From Candidatus Methylomirabilis limnetica (GTDB lineage Bacteria > Methylomirabilota > Methylomirabilia > Methylomirabilales > Methylomirabilaceae), in NCBI RefSeq assembly GCF_003044035.1, contig NZ_NVQC01000011.1:29714-61713 (forward strand): 32,000 nt of DNA, in the 5' to 3' direction. A program made the translations under genes and the position numbers. Below, piece by piece: positions 1 through 9,764 of the stretch. Positions within the stretch are counted from its first letter, which is position 1. Each line of letters opens with the position of its first letter. The notes below the pieces were generated by a model. That model was not told where the DNA came from, did no database searches, and saw only the letters and a program-made list of their open reading frames with translations.

Positions 1-525
1 CCGGCAGGCGTCCTGACGACCTTATCCGATCCTCGTGGACGGCCGATCATCAGCGACCTCCTGCCGTCTGAAGGGCTGCCAAGGCTCTTTCCTGTTGGGC
101 GTCTTGACTATCACACAGAAGGACTCATACTTCTCACGAATGATGGAGAGTTAGCCTACGGGCTCATGCATCCCAGCTTCGAGATCGAGAAGGAATATCT
201 CGCCCAGGTGCGTGGTTGCCCCAAGCCTGCCGATCTGGCTAAGTTGGAGGCGGGGGTAATATCGGATGGGGAGAGGTTGTGGGCCACCCAAGCCAAGCTC
301 GTTACCCGTGGGGTAAGCTCTGCATGGATCGCACTTATCGTACAACAAGGACGGTATCACGAGATCAGACGGCTCTGCGATGCTATTGGGTACCCGGTAA
401 TTCGACTCCAGAGGGTTCGTATTGGGCCCCTCGTCTTGGGGAAACTGGCCAAAGGGTGCTGGCGACGACTCAACCTCGGGGAACTGGCCAGCATCCGTCG
501 CGTGGTGGGACTGGGAACTGCCTGA
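1..525 (+). CDS. pseudouridine synthase, RsuA/RluB/RluF family (5' partial; N-terminus upstream of window)
   Basis: Frame 1 is open from base 1. The translation ...FPVGRLDYHTEGLILLTNDGELA... carries the catalytic-Asp GRLDxxTEGLLLLTNDG motif of the RsuA family. Stop TGA at 523-525. Confidence 0.85.
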   Translation, partial: PAGVLTTLSDPRGRPIISDLLPSEGLPRLFPVGRLDYHTEGLILLTNDGELAYGLMHPSFEIEKEYLAQVRGCPKPADLAKLEAGVISDGERLWATQAKLVTRGVSSAWIALIVQQGRYHEIRRLCDAIGYPVIRLQRVRIGPLVLGKLAKGCWRRLNLGELASIRRVVGLGTA

Positions 526-580
526 TGGGGCATGGTGGCGGCGTGGGTAGCGTGCGCCCCTGCCTGGGCTGGGGAGCCTG

Positions 581-1657
581 ATGAAGATTGCGAGGTTACG
601 GCATAAGATCGATCAGATCGATTCGAAGATCGTATCGCTGCTCGGTGAGCGAGCCGAGGTTGTGTTCAGAGTCGGGCAGGAAAAGGCTAAGGCGAATATG
701 GACCTCCACGTGCCGCAACGCGAGGAGGAGATCTTTACCCGTCTGATGCTGGAGAATACGGGGCGCTTTCCCATTCACGCGATTCGGCCTGTTTTTCGCG
801 AGATCATCTCAGCCTGTCGATCCCTGGAGGGTCCGTTAAAGCTGGCCTACCTTGGCCCGGAAGGGACGTTTACCCACTTGGCCTGTACGCGGCGGTTTGG
901 GGTATCGGCCCAATTCGTGCCGGTTCGCTCAATCAGTGATGTCTTCGCCGAGGTAGAAAAGGGAAACGTCGAGTACGGGGTGGTGCCCATTGAGAACTCC
1001 AGTGAAGGTGTGGTCAGCCATACCCTGGATACATTTATGGAATCGGACCTGAAGATCAGTGGAGAAATTCTCCTGGAAGTGTCCCACAGTCTCCTGTCCA
1101 AATCAGGCGATCTGAGGAAGGTGAAAAAGATCTACTCGCACCCGCATGCCTTCGCTCAGTCCCGAAAATGGCTGGAGGCAAATCTGCTGCGAGTGCCGCT
1201 CTTCGAGGCGTCGAGTACTGCGGCGGCGGCAAAGCTCGCAGCAAAAGAGCCGACAGCGGCTGCGATTGCGAGTGAATTGGCTGCTAGCCTGTACAAACTT
1301 AAAGTCATTTCTCGAAAGATAGAGGATACCCCGCGTAATTTCACACGGTTCTTGATAATTGGTAAGACCCCGGCTACACCAACTCATCGCGATAAAACCT
1401 CCGTGATGTTCTCGATCAAAGACCGGGTAGGGGCGCTGTATCGTATCCTGGAACCTTTCGCGAAGCATCAGATCAACCTGACCAAGGTCGAGTCCAGACC
1501 ATCCAAGACCAAAGCCTGGGAGTACGTTTTCTATTTGGACGTTGAGGGACACGTTGCCGACGAGCCTGTGAAGGCGGCGCTCGCGCTACTGAAAGAGGAG
1601 TGTCTGTTCCTGAAGGTCCTCGGCTCGTACCCCAGGGGAAGCTCCATCGAGACCTAG
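581..1657 (+). CDS. pheA: bifunctional chorismate mutase / prephenate dehydratase (P-protein)
   Basis: 358-aa ORF. N-terminal chorismate-mutase helices (KIDQIDSKIVSLLGERA), a prephenate dehydratase core (LAYLGPEGTFTH, ENSSEGVV) and a C-terminal ACT region (ESRPSK..WEYVFYLDVEGH). GGGGAG lies just upstream of the ATG. Confidence 0.93.
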   Translation: MKIARLRHKIDQIDSKIVSLLGERAEVVFRVGQEKAKANMDLHVPQREEEIFTRLMLENTGRFPIHAIRPVFREIISACRSLEGPLKLAYLGPEGTFTHLACTRRFGVSAQFVPVRSISDVFAEVEKGNVEYGVVPIENSSEGVVSHTLDTFMESDLKISGEILLEVSHSLLSKSGDLRKVKKIYSHPHAFAQSRKWLEANLLRVPLFEASSTAAAAKLAAKEPTAAAIASELAASLYKLKVISRKIEDTPRNFTRFLIIGKTPATPTHRDKTSVMFSIKDRVGALYRILEPFAKHQINLTKVESRPSKTKAWEYVFYLDVEGHVADEPVKAALALLKEECLFLKVLGSYPRGSSIET

Positions 1658-1673
1658 GAGAACCGTAAGAATC

Positions 1674-2819
1674 ATGGCCAAGTCGTTGGCAGAGCTCGCC
1701 TCGCCATACCTTCATGGGCTCGCACCTTACACCCCCGGGAAGCCAATTGAGGAGGTGGAGCGTGAGTTTGGGATCACAGGGGCCATCAAATTGGCGTCAA
1801 ATGAGAACCCCCTGGGCCCTTCGCCGCTGGCACTTCGCGCCTTACGAGAAGCGCTACCGGAGGCCCACAGGTATCCCGATGGCGGCGGCTACTTCCTGAA
1901 GGCGCGGCTGGCCGCTCGCCTTGGACTGACACCAGACCATCTGGTCCTAGGGAACGGGTGTAACGAGGTCTTAGAGCTGATGGCCCGCGCCTTCCTGCTC
2001 GCGGGAGACGAAGTAGTCATCGCTGATCCGGCATTTGTCATCTACGGGATGCTGGCCCATCTGCAGGGGTGTACCACGATCCGCGTGCCGCTGAAGGCGT
2101 GGACCCACGACCTTGAGGCTATGGCGAAGGCCGTAACCCCCAGGACCAAGATGGTGTTTGTCGGCAATCCCAACAACCCCACAGGCACGGCTGTAGGGCC
2201 AACGGAGCTGACTGCCTTTATGGACGCCCTCCCGGCAGAGGTCATAGTGGTCATCGATGAGGCATACATCGAGTACGTCCCGCAGGAGATGATTCCGGAT
2301 TCCCTGACGTACGTCCGGCAGGGGCGCTGGGCGATCGTCCTTCGGACCTTCTCTAAAATCTATGGTCTGGCAGGGCTCCGGATCGGGTATGGGATGGCGC
2401 CGCCGTCGATAGTGGAACTACTCGAGCGGATTCGGGCACCCTTTAACGTCAACGCCCTGGCCCAGCGAGCAGCGTTGGCTGCCCTAGAGGATGAGCACCA
2501 CGTCACCAATAGCCGAATGTTCAATGAGCTGGGAAAGGCGTACCTGTCCAGCGAGCTGCATCGTCTGGGGCTTCAGTTCCCGCCGTCCGTAACGAACTTT
2601 CTGCTGATCGATGTCAATCGCGACGGACGGGTAGTGGCGGATGCGCTGCTCCGAATGGGCGTCATCGTACGCCCACTGGGGGGAGCCCACTTGAAGACCC
2701 ACATCCGCGTGACCATAGGGACGCCCCCGGAGAACGAACGATTCATCGACGCGCTGAGAAGTGTGCTTCAAAAAGGCAGCCATCAGCAATCAGCGATTAG
2801 CAGGCAGGGAAAAAGCTGA
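1674..2819 (+). CDS. hisC: histidinol-phosphate / aromatic aminotransferase (class II PLP aminotransferase)
   Basis: 381 aa. Motifs NENPLGPSP, GNPNNPTG and FSKIYGLAGLRIGY (PLP-lysine region). Sits between pheA and the DAHP synthase gene. Confidence 0.9.
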   Translation: MAKSLAELASPYLHGLAPYTPGKPIEEVEREFGITGAIKLASNENPLGPSPLALRALREALPEAHRYPDGGGYFLKARLAARLGLTPDHLVLGNGCNEVLELMARAFLLAGDEVVIADPAFVIYGMLAHLQGCTTIRVPLKAWTHDLEAMAKAVTPRTKMVFVGNPNNPTGTAVGPTELTAFMDALPAEVIVVIDEAYIEYVPQEMIPDSLTYVRQGRWAIVLRTFSKIYGLAGLRIGYGMAPPSIVELLERIRAPFNVNALAQRAALAALEDEHHVTNSRMFNELGKAYLSSELHRLGLQFPPSVTNFLLIDVNRDGRVVADALLRMGVIVRPLGGAHLKTHIRVTIGTPPENERFIDALRSVLQKGSHQQSAISRQGKS

Positions 2820-2844
2820 TGGCTGATAACTGGAGGCGTAAAAA

Positions 2845-3858
2845 ATGATCATCATTTTGAAACCGCATGCGACTGAGGCCGAGATTGCCTTGGTCGTCAA
2901 GAAGATCGAAGGCTTCGGCTTGGCCGCCCACATCTCGAAAGGGACGGAGCGAACTATCATCGGCGCGATCGGCGACGAGCGGGTTTTGCAGGATCGGCCG
3001 TTAGAGGCCTTCCCCTTTGTGGAACAGGTCCTGCCCGTGCTGAAGCCGTACAAGCTGGCTAGCCGTGAATTTAAACCTGAGGGCACCATCGTCAACATCG
3101 ACGGGGTGCTGGTCGGCGGCAAGCAGGTAGTGGTCATGGCCGGGCCGTGTGCAGTTGAGAATCGAGATAGCCTGCTTCAGGTCGCCAGGTGCGTGAAGGA
3201 TGCAGGGGGGCACATCCTGCGAGGCGGCGCCTACAAGCCCCGGACCTCCCCGTACACCTTTCAAGGTCTTGGTGAAGAGGGGCTGACCTATTTGTCAGAG
3301 GCCAAGGCGGAGACCGGCCTGCCGATCGCCACCGAGCTCATGGATCCCCGGGACGCCCCCCAGGTTTATCAGTGCGCCGATCTGGTCCAGATCGGGGCGC
3401 GGAACATGCAGAACTTCAGGCTCCTGAAAGAGGTTGGGTGCCGTCGAAAGCCGGTCCTCTTGAAGCGGGGGCTAAGCTGTACCGTGAAAGACCTCTTGCT
3501 CGCAGCCGAGTACATCTTGTCGGAGGGTAACTACGACGTCATCCTCTGTGAACGCGGGATCAGGACCTTTGAAGACGCCACCCGCAACACCTTGGATCTG
3601 TCGGCTATCCCCCTGATCAAGAGGCTGTCGCACTTGCCGGTGATTGTCGACCCGAGCCATGCGACAGGTAAGTGGCACCTGGTCGCGCCAATGGCCTTGG
3701 CCGCGGTGGCGGCCGGCGCCGACGGCATCATGGTAGAGGTTCATCCCCACCCGGAGGACGCCCTGTCTGATGGGCCCCAGGCTCTGCTGCCCAGCACATT
3801 CGAGAAACTGATGAACGATCTCAGCAAGGTGGCCCAGGCAGTAGGACGGTCGCTGTGA
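2845..3858 (+). CDS. aroF: 3-deoxy-7-phosphoheptulonate (DAHP) synthase, type I-beta with N-terminal regulatory domain
   Basis: 337 aa. An N-terminal extension of about 70 aa ([25 protein letters not shown]) is followed by a DAHPS/KDO8PS barrel ([33 protein letters not shown]). Confidence 0.9.
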   Translation: MIIILKPHATEAEIALVVKKIEGFGLAAHISKGTERTIIGAIGDERVLQDRPLEAFPFVEQVLPVLKPYKLASREFKPEGTIVNIDGVLVGGKQVVVMAGPCAVENRDSLLQVARCVKDAGGHILRGGAYKPRTSPYTFQGLGEEGLTYLSEAKAETGLPIATELMDPRDAPQVYQCADLVQIGARNMQNFRLLKEVGCRRKPVLLKRGLSCTVKDLLLAAEYILSEGNYDVILCERGIRTFEDATRNTLDLSAIPLIKRLSHLPVIVDPSHATGKWHLVAPMALAAVAAGADGIMVEVHPHPEDALSDGPQALLPSTFEKLMNDLSKVAQAVGRSL

Positions 3859-4799
3859 CGGTAGCGTCAAGGATCGAGCCGCCTGGCGCTGCTGCCTCGT
3901 CGTCTTCACCACTCGTACAGCGACTTGCGATCATTGGCCTGGGCCTGATCGGTGCAAGTGTGGGGCTGGCTTGTCGCGCCCGCGGTCTGGCCGGAGAGAT
4001 TCGTGGAGCCGACGAAGATCCGGACCATTGTGCGCAGGCCGTCGCGCTGGGTGTGGTGGACTGGGCCGCCGCGGACGCCGCGGTCGCTGTAGAAGGGGCC
4101 GACATCGTACTTCTGGCCGTGCCGGTAGGCGCGATGGAGCCGACCATTAAGCGGATTGTCCCGCATCTGGATTCCGGCGCGGTGGTGACGGATGTGGGGA
4201 GCGTGAAGGGGTTAGTGGCAGCAGTGATGGAGCGGTTACTGCCAGGCGGCAATGGAGTGCCAGGCCACCCGATTACCGGGCGGGAGAAGTCCGGGCCGCA
4301 CGCGGCGTCGGCCGAGCTGTTCGTTGGTAGCAAGTGCGTGCTTACCCCGAGCGCCTCTACCGATCCTGCCGCCGTCCTGCGGGTACGCACCCTGTGGAGG
4401 GCCATAGGATCAGAGGTGCTGGAGATGAGCCCGACTCGCCATGATGATATCTTCGCGGCGGTCAGCCATCTGCCGCATGTCGTCTCGTATGCGCTGATGG
4501 GAGCGATGCTCGATTTAGCTGATGGCGGCGATGATCTGCGAGAATTCGCGGCAGGCGGTCTGAAAGATTTCACGCGAGTGGCCATGAGCCATCCGGTCAT
4601 GTGGCGCGATATCTGCCTGGCGAATCGCCAACCGATCCTGAAGATGATCGGACAATTCCAGGCTGCCCTTGACCACCTGACTGTGATGATCAACGCCGAA
4701 GACGGGGAAGGGCTCTACCGGCAATTTGCGAGCGCCAAGGCCTATCGAGAGGGTTTTGGGAATGGCAATGATGGCGATGATCGTAAGCGCACAGCTTAG
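3855..4799 (+). CDS. tyrA: prephenate (arogenate) dehydrogenase
   Basis: 314 aa. Rossmann motif IIGLGLIGAS and GHPITGREKSG core. The GTG start overlaps the preceding stop (GTGA at 3855-3858), suggesting translational coupling. Confidence 0.85.
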   Translation: MTVASRIEPPGAAASSSSPLVQRLAIIGLGLIGASVGLACRARGLAGEIRGADEDPDHCAQAVALGVVDWAAADAAVAVEGADIVLLAVPVGAMEPTIKRIVPHLDSGAVVTDVGSVKGLVAAVMERLLPGGNGVPGHPITGREKSGPHAASAELFVGSKCVLTPSASTDPAAVLRVRTLWRAIGSEVLEMSPTRHDDIFAAVSHLPHVVSYALMGAMLDLADGGDDLREFAAGGLKDFTRVAMSHPVMWRDICLANRQPILKMIGQFQAALDHLTVMINAEDGEGLYRQFASAKAYREGFGNGNDGDDRKRTA

Positions 4800-5931
4800 T
4801 GACCGAAGGGAACGGGCACTACTGGTAGGGATACATTGCAAGCGCGACCCCAGATGGGAGGCCGAGGACTCGCTCGTCGAGCTTGCCCGGCTGGCGGAGT
4901 CGGCTGGGGCCCTTGTGGCGGGAACGATCCTGCAAGACCGGAACGCACCGGACCCGCGCTATCTGATCGGGAAGGGCAAGGCGCAGGAGATCAAGGCGGA
5001 GTGGAGTGGGAAGATCGATCTGCTGGTGATTGATGAGGAGTTGTCTGGCTCGCAGCAGCGAAGCCTGGAGGAACTGACCGGCTGCAAGACCGTCGATCGC
5101 CCCTTGCTCATCCTGGACATCTTCGCCCAGCGCGCGAGGAGCCGGGAGGGTAAGCTCCAGGTGGAGCTGGCTCAGCTCGACTACCTGCTGCCGCGCCTCG
5201 TCGGGCGAGGGGTTGAGCTGTCGCGCCTTGGCGGCGGAATCGGGACCCGTGGTCCAGGCGAAACCCAGTTGGAGACCGACCGTCGGACGATCCGCCGACG
5301 AATGGCGAAGATCCGGGATGAGCTCACCAAGGTCCGTCGGCATCGGGCCCTCTTGCGGCGGCCTAGAAAGCGTCATGCGATCCCGATCGTGGCCCTGGTC
5401 GGCTACACCAATGCCGGCAAGTCGACGCTCTTCAATGCCCTCACGCACTCGGATGTTCGGACCAACGACGCGCTCTTTGTGACGCTTGATCCCATCCTGC
5501 GTCGGGTCACCACGGCCGACGGATTCAGCTTTCTGCTCTCCGATACCGTGGGGTTCATCCGGCGCCTCCCCGCGCAATTGGTGACGGCGTTCAAGGCCAC
5601 ACTGGAGGAACTCAACGAGGCCGATCTTCTGCTGCACGTGATCGACGCCAGCCATCCCCAGATGATGGAGCAGAAGCAAGCCGTAGACGCGATCTTGGGC
5701 GATCTCGGCCTCTCGGACAAGCCGATCATTGAGGCCTTGAACAAGGTCGATCTTTTGGCGAACGGGATTGCGCCATCCTTTGTGTCCGGCAAGAGCGCAT
5801 TCCCCCGGGTGGCGTGCTCCGCTCTGACCGGGTATGGTATGGATCGTCTGCGACAGGTAGTCCAAGAGAAGCTGACGCCCGCGACGGATCATGCCCCGAT
5901 AGAAGCGGCTGTTGCGTGGCCCTGTCGCTGA
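4762..5931 (+). CDS. hflX: GTPase HflX
   Basis: N-terminal HflX domain (ERALLVGI...), G1 GYTNAGKST, G3 DTVGF, G4 NKVD. The ORF is open from 4726; I prefer ATG 4762, which is preceded by GAGAGGG, but the start is uncertain. Confidence 0.88.
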   Translation: MAMMAMIVSAQLSDRRERALLVGIHCKRDPRWEAEDSLVELARLAESAGALVAGTILQDRNAPDPRYLIGKGKAQEIKAEWSGKIDLLVIDEELSGSQQRSLEELTGCKTVDRPLLILDIFAQRARSREGKLQVELAQLDYLLPRLVGRGVELSRLGGGIGTRGPGETQLETDRRTIRRRMAKIRDELTKVRRHRALLRRPRKRHAIPIVALVGYTNAGKSTLFNALTHSDVRTNDALFVTLDPILRRVTTADGFSFLLSDTVGFIRRLPAQLVTAFKATLEELNEADLLLHVIDASHPQMMEQKQAVDAILGDLGLSDKPIIEALNKVDLLANGIAPSFVSGKSAFPRVACSALTGYGMDRLRQVVQEKLTPATDHAPIEAAVAWPCR

Positions 5932-6458
5932 TGAATCTTGCCAATAGCCTCACGATCTTCAGGATCCTGATGGCGCCTGTCATCTCGATCTTGATGGTCT
6001 ACAAGTACTGGCGACTTGGTTTGGCGATCTTTGTGCTGGCAGGGATCACCGACGCCCTGGATGGTTTCATCGCGCGTTCGAGGTCCCAGGGGACAGAGCT
6101 GGGGATGATCCTGGATCCGCTGGCCGACAAGCTGCTGCTCTTTGCCACTTTCATGACGCTGGTATACCTGCACCAGATCCCCAAGTGGCTCTTCATCATT
6201 GCCGTCAGCCGGGACCTGATAGTGGTTGGCGGTTTCCTGGTTATCTACATCGTCAAAGGCAAGGCAACGGTCTCTGTCTCCTGGATAGGGAAGTGTACGA
6301 CAGGTCTGCAAATGCTGACCGTGCTGGCGACGCTCATTTCCCGTGTGGCCGGCGGGGTAGAGCCCTACGTGCCGGGGCTTATCTATCTTACGGCAGCGGT
6401 CACGATTGTGTCCGGGCTCGATTACCTCAGGCGAGGCACGATGGTACTCAACTCATGA
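5931..6458 (+). CDS. pgsA: CDP-diacylglycerol--glycerol-3-phosphate 3-phosphatidyltransferase
   Basis: CDP-alcohol phosphatidyltransferase motif DALDGFIARSRSQGTELGMILDPLADK within a multi-TM protein. ATG 5931 overlaps the hflX stop by 1 nt (TGATG). The upstream extension of the ORF to 5814 has no resemblance to this family. Confidence 0.88.
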   Translation: MNLANSLTIFRILMAPVISILMVYKYWRLGLAIFVLAGITDALDGFIARSRSQGTELGMILDPLADKLLLFATFMTLVYLHQIPKWLFIIAVSRDLIVVGGFLVIYIVKGKATVSVSWIGKCTTGLQMLTVLATLISRVAGGVEPYVPGLIYLTAAVTIVSGLDYLRRGTMVLNS

Positions 6459-6514
6459 AGTTGACCGCGAAGGTCTTAAATGGCTTGATTTGTGCCTTGC
6501 GAGTTAATGTATAA

Positions 6515-6548
6515 CCTTCAGCCTTCAGTCTAAACACCTAAGTAGTTA
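6515..6548 (-). repeat. dispersed repeat copy A (CCTTCAGCCTTCAG-TCTAAACACCTAAGTAGTTA)
   Basis: Its reverse complement matches 18108-18141 at 32/34 positions by hand alignment. Its 17-nt core is identical to 18844-18860. It lies in the pgsA-der spacer, 36 nt upstream of the der ATG. Confidence 0.8.
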
Positions 6549-6583
6549 TTCCACGATAACGTATCCGATTGGAGAGAACTGCG

Positions 6584-7903
6584 ATGCCCCTTCCTGTGGT
6601 CACGATCGTTGGTCGGCCCAATGTGGGCAAATCGACCCTGTTCAACCGGCTGGTGGGCGGGCGAAGGGCGATTGTACTCGACAAGCCAGGCGTAACCAGA
6701 GACCGGCAGTACGCGCCGATCGAGTGGAAAGGCTGCGCGTTCCTGCTCGGTGATACCGGGGGGTTCGAGCCGGGCGTCAAAAGCGGTCTGGCGGTTCAGG
6801 TGCTCGCCCAGGTCCAGATGGCGGTCCAGGAGGCCGCCCTCATCGTCTTTGTGGTTGATGCCCGCGAGGGGCTGACCCCGCTGGACGAGGAGATCGCCAG
6901 GGCGCTTCGGCACGATGTACGCGCCCGTATAGTCGTAGTGCCGAATAAGGTCGATCGGCCCACCCACGAGGTTTTGGCGTCTGAATTCTTTCGGATGGGA
7001 TTCGACGAAATCTGCCCGGTCTCCGCCGAGCATGGCCTGGGCGTTGCGGAGCTCTGCGACCTGATCGTCGAGGCGCTGCCGCAGACAGATGTCGCACCCG
7101 AGGAGAAAGCCATCCGTGTGGCGGTGGTCGGTCGCCCGAATGTGGGAAAATCATCGCTGGTCAACGCGCTGTTGGGGCAGGAGCGTGTCATCGTGAGCGA
7201 GCAGGCGGGCACAACGAGGGATGCGATCGACACCCCGTTTGCCTACAATGACACCCCGTACATCCTGATCGACACCGCAGGACTCCGGTCGCGAAGCAAG
7301 GTCCACGAGCCATTGGAGCGGTTCAGTGTGGCGAGGGCGCTCAGGGCCATTGAGCGGAGCGACGTCGCCTTAATCCTGGTGGACGCGCAAGTAGGGATCA
7401 CAGACCAGGACGCTAAGATTGCCGCCTACGTCCAGGATACCGGAAGCAGCGCCATCCTTGTCGCGAATAAGTGGGACCTGATGCCGCCTGGCGCCGATGC
7501 CCGGCAAGAGTTCACGCTGCAGATTCGCGATCAACTGAGGCACCTGGATTACGCACCTATCGCATTCGTCTCGGCCCTCAGCGGCTATCAAGTGCTCACG
7601 CTGTTGCCTCTGCTTCAGACCGTCGCGCAGTGGCGTTCACACCGGGTACCAACCCCCCAGATCAACGAACTCATCGGTGAGGCGACCCGGAAGTACCCCC
7701 CGCCTGCCCACGGTAAGCGTCCTGTTAGATTTAGCTATGCTACACAAGCCGCCAATCCTCCCCCAACCTTTCTGCTCTTCGTGAGCGACCCTAGCGGTGT
7801 ACGGGTCCCCTACCGGCGCTATCTGGTCAACCAACTTCGGGCAGCGTACGCATTTATCGGCGCACCGATCCGCCTGGTCTTAAAAGGCAAGAGCGGCAAA
7901 TGA
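6584..7903 (+). CDS. der: ribosome-associated GTPase Der (EngA)
   Basis: Two tandem GTPase domains (GRPNVGKSTLFN..DTGG..NKVD and GRPNVGKSSLVN..DTAG..NKWD) plus a KH-like C-terminus. GGAGAG lies 7 nt upstream of ATG 6584; the track ORF begins at TTG 6569. Confidence 0.93.
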   Translation: MPLPVVTIVGRPNVGKSTLFNRLVGGRRAIVLDKPGVTRDRQYAPIEWKGCAFLLGDTGGFEPGVKSGLAVQVLAQVQMAVQEAALIVFVVDAREGLTPLDEEIARALRHDVRARIVVVPNKVDRPTHEVLASEFFRMGFDEICPVSAEHGLGVAELCDLIVEALPQTDVAPEEKAIRVAVVGRPNVGKSSLVNALLGQERVIVSEQAGTTRDAIDTPFAYNDTPYILIDTAGLRSRSKVHEPLERFSVARALRAIERSDVALILVDAQVGITDQDAKIAAYVQDTGSSAILVANKWDLMPPGADARQEFTLQIRDQLRHLDYAPIAFVSALSGYQVLTLLPLLQTVAQWRSHRVPTPQINELIGEATRKYPPPAHGKRPVRFSYATQAANPPPTFLLFVSDPSGVRVPYRRYLVNQLRAAYAFIGAPIRLVLKGKSGK

Positions 7904-8006
7904 ATAGCTCGGCTTTCTACATGATATGAAGACAAAGGGGGATCTACTCTTGGTCAACCTTAACACGCCTTTCGGTTGCTAAGAGGGCGATCATGGCAGG
8001 CAGTAG

Positions 8007-8032
8007 GTCGGGTTAGCGCAGCGTAACCCGAC
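8007..8032. repeat. REP-like hairpin GTCGGGTTA-N8-TAACCCGAC
   Basis: Perfect 9-bp inverted repeat. A second copy with the same stems lies at 8215-8240. The two flank the RAYT relic. Confidence 0.75.
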
Positions 8033-8038
8033 GAAGCG

Positions 8039-8176
8039 CACGCGATACCGGCGTGCATGTATTTCAATCTAGTCAAACACGGACTTATGTCATTGGCGAT
8101 AGAGTGGCCGTATTCCAGCTTTCGCCGGTATGTTGCGGCGGGGTTTATCCAGCGGATTGGGGACAGGGTGCGATAG
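8039..8176 (+). pseudogene. C-terminal relic of a REP-associated tyrosine transposase (RAYT / IS200-IS605-like)
   Basis: Translation ..CMYFNLVKHGLMSLAIEWPYSSFRRYVAAGFIQRIGDRVR* matches the conserved C-terminal region of RAYTs (Y-I-H-x-N-P-V-K-H-G-L ... W-P-Y-S-S-F). There is no N-terminal HUH domain and no start codon. Confidence 0.6.
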
Positions 8177-8214
8177 ATTTCGAGGGGGTGGGGCATGAGT
8201 GATGGAAGCGGATT

Positions 8215-8240
8215 GTCGGGTTACGCTACGCTAACCCGAC
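8215..8240. repeat. REP-like hairpin GTCGGGTTA-N8-TAACCCGAC
   Basis: Second copy of the 9-bp-stem palindrome seen at 8007-8032. Confidence 0.75.
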
Positions 8241-8332
8241 TCGGGGTCGGTGTGGGTCGCTACGCCTTTAGCGTATAACTCTTTCATTCACAACACCTCG
8301 CCGGTTTATCCCGGCGCACAAGGAGAAACCCC

Positions 8333-9397
8333 ATGCCTATTCCCACTGAACCGATTGGTAGCGTGCCGCGCCAGCGGGAGTTGCAAGAAGCGATGCAGGC
8401 CTTCGCGGCAGGGACGCTTTCGGCTGAGAAATTGGATACCCTCTTCGATGAGGCGGTCCGCGAAACCATCGAGCAGTTCGAAGCCACCGGTTCTCCTATC
8501 ATCACCGACGGCGAACAGACCAAGCCAAGTTTCGCCACCTATCCCTTGGCCGGCCTGGACAATCTTGCCCCTGATGGCATGATTATCCCTTTTGAGGATG
8601 GTCATACGCGCCAACTGCCGCGTCTGATCAGGGGGCCATTCCGTTATGGCGCCTATGCCGGATCGTGTCTGCCCCGTGCCAAAAAGTTTGCCTCCAAGCC
8701 CCTGAAGCAGGCGGTCATTTCGGCGTCCGCCATGTCGCTGCTCTATCCGGCTGATGGGATCGACGGTTACCCGCAGGCGCAATTCCTGGACGATTTAGTG
8801 CGGCACGCCGTTGCCGATATCCGCGGTTGTTTCGACAACGGCGCCTACGATGTGCAAATTGACTTCACGGAGGCGCGGCTTGCGATCAAGCTGGATTCTT
8901 CTAAGCGCTTGTTGCAGCAGTTTATTGACCTCAACAATCGGGTGCTTTCCCACTTCACAGCGGAGGATCGGCAACGCATCGGCGTGCATACCTGCCCCGG
9001 CGGTGATCACGACTCGACCCACAGCGCGGATGTGGATTATGGCGAGCTGATCCCACTCCTGATGACGCTCGATGTGGGGTGTTTCTATATGCAAATGGCC
9101 AGCGAGCGACATCCAGAACGCGCGTTGCGTGTGATCTGTGAGCATCTCAAGCCCCATCAGCGTATTTACGTGGGGGTGATTAATGTTATCGATGAGGAAG
9201 TGGAATCCGCCGAAACGGTGCGCGATCGGGTGTTGATGGCCGCTGAGTACATTCCCGTGGCCCAGCTAGGCACAACCGATGACTGCGGCTTTTCCCCATT
9301 CAGCGACGACATCGCTACCGCCCGCGTCACCGCCTTTGCCAAAATTCAGGCCCGTGTACGCGGATCAGAATTGGCCGCGGAACAGATCGGCGTTTGA
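8333..9397 (+). CDS. cobalamin-independent methionine synthase (MetE C-terminal domain)-like protein, UROD/MetE superfamily
   Basis: 354 aa. Resembles single-domain MetE-like proteins, with candidate metal-ligand regions VHTCPGGDH and DDCGFSPF. This is a family-level call only. Confidence 0.7.
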   Translation: MPIPTEPIGSVPRQRELQEAMQAFAAGTLSAEKLDTLFDEAVRETIEQFEATGSPIITDGEQTKPSFATYPLAGLDNLAPDGMIIPFEDGHTRQLPRLIRGPFRYGAYAGSCLPRAKKFASKPLKQAVISASAMSLLYPADGIDGYPQAQFLDDLVRHAVADIRGCFDNGAYDVQIDFTEARLAIKLDSSKRLLQQFIDLNNRVLSHFTAEDRQRIGVHTCPGGDHDSTHSADVDYGELIPLLMTLDVGCFYMQMASERHPERALRVICEHLKPHQRIYVGVINVIDEEVESAETVRDRVLMAAEYIPVAQLGTTDDCGFSPFSDDIATARVTAFAKIQARVRGSELAAEQIGV

Positions 9398-9764
9398 TCG
9401 CAAACCAAAGTGAGCATAGCCCCCTTCCCCTTTCTTCGCTTCAGGCAACGCCCTGACCAGGCGGGTTGAGGGGCTCGGGCCAGGTCGGTCTCAACGGCAC
9501 GCGCCTGAATAGTCAGATCGACACGCTTCTGCCGCTACGTATGACACCTCCGGTACAGGAGGTGACGATGAAATAATAGGGAACATGCTACTGTTTTGCA
9601 GTAATAAGCTTTTTGTCTGTGCCGCTTTTGGCTGTAAACACTGTGCCGGCCATCAGGCGGCTGCATCAGACGGTTGTCCACGCGGGCACGCTCGCGCCTC
9701 CGCCTGCTGCTGACACGCAATGCCGTTATGCGGACCAGGAGATAAGTGAGCGCCAACGATCTCG

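Noticed and set aside
3821-5892. Long antisense ORFs inside core genes. Examples: 3821..4693 (-), 4819..5892 (-), 13533..14426 (-), 16552..17091 (-), 20995..21636 (-)
   Set aside because: These are typical shadow ORFs of GC-rich coding DNA. They have low-complexity R/A/P/G-rich products and no family resemblance. They are fully overlapped by confidently assigned sense-strand genes.
6531-6549. The dispersed-repeat core as an engineered-looking three-frame stop element (TAA..TAG..TAG in three frames)
   Set aside because: Only copies A and C have stops in all three frames; copy B (TCAGG variant) loses one. This is likely coincidental.
7960-8196. 78-aa minus-strand ORF in the der/MetE-like spacer
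   Set aside because: The opposite strand of the same DNA carries clear RAYT C-terminal similarity, and the region is bounded by REP-like hairpins. The minus-strand product has no recognisable features.
9588-9605. LexA/SOS-box-like TACTG..CAGTA palindrome
   Set aside because: The half-sites are separated by 5 nt rather than the 10 nt between TACTG and CAGTA in the E. coli-type SOS box (CTGT-N8-ACAG core), and there is no adjacent SOS-type gene.
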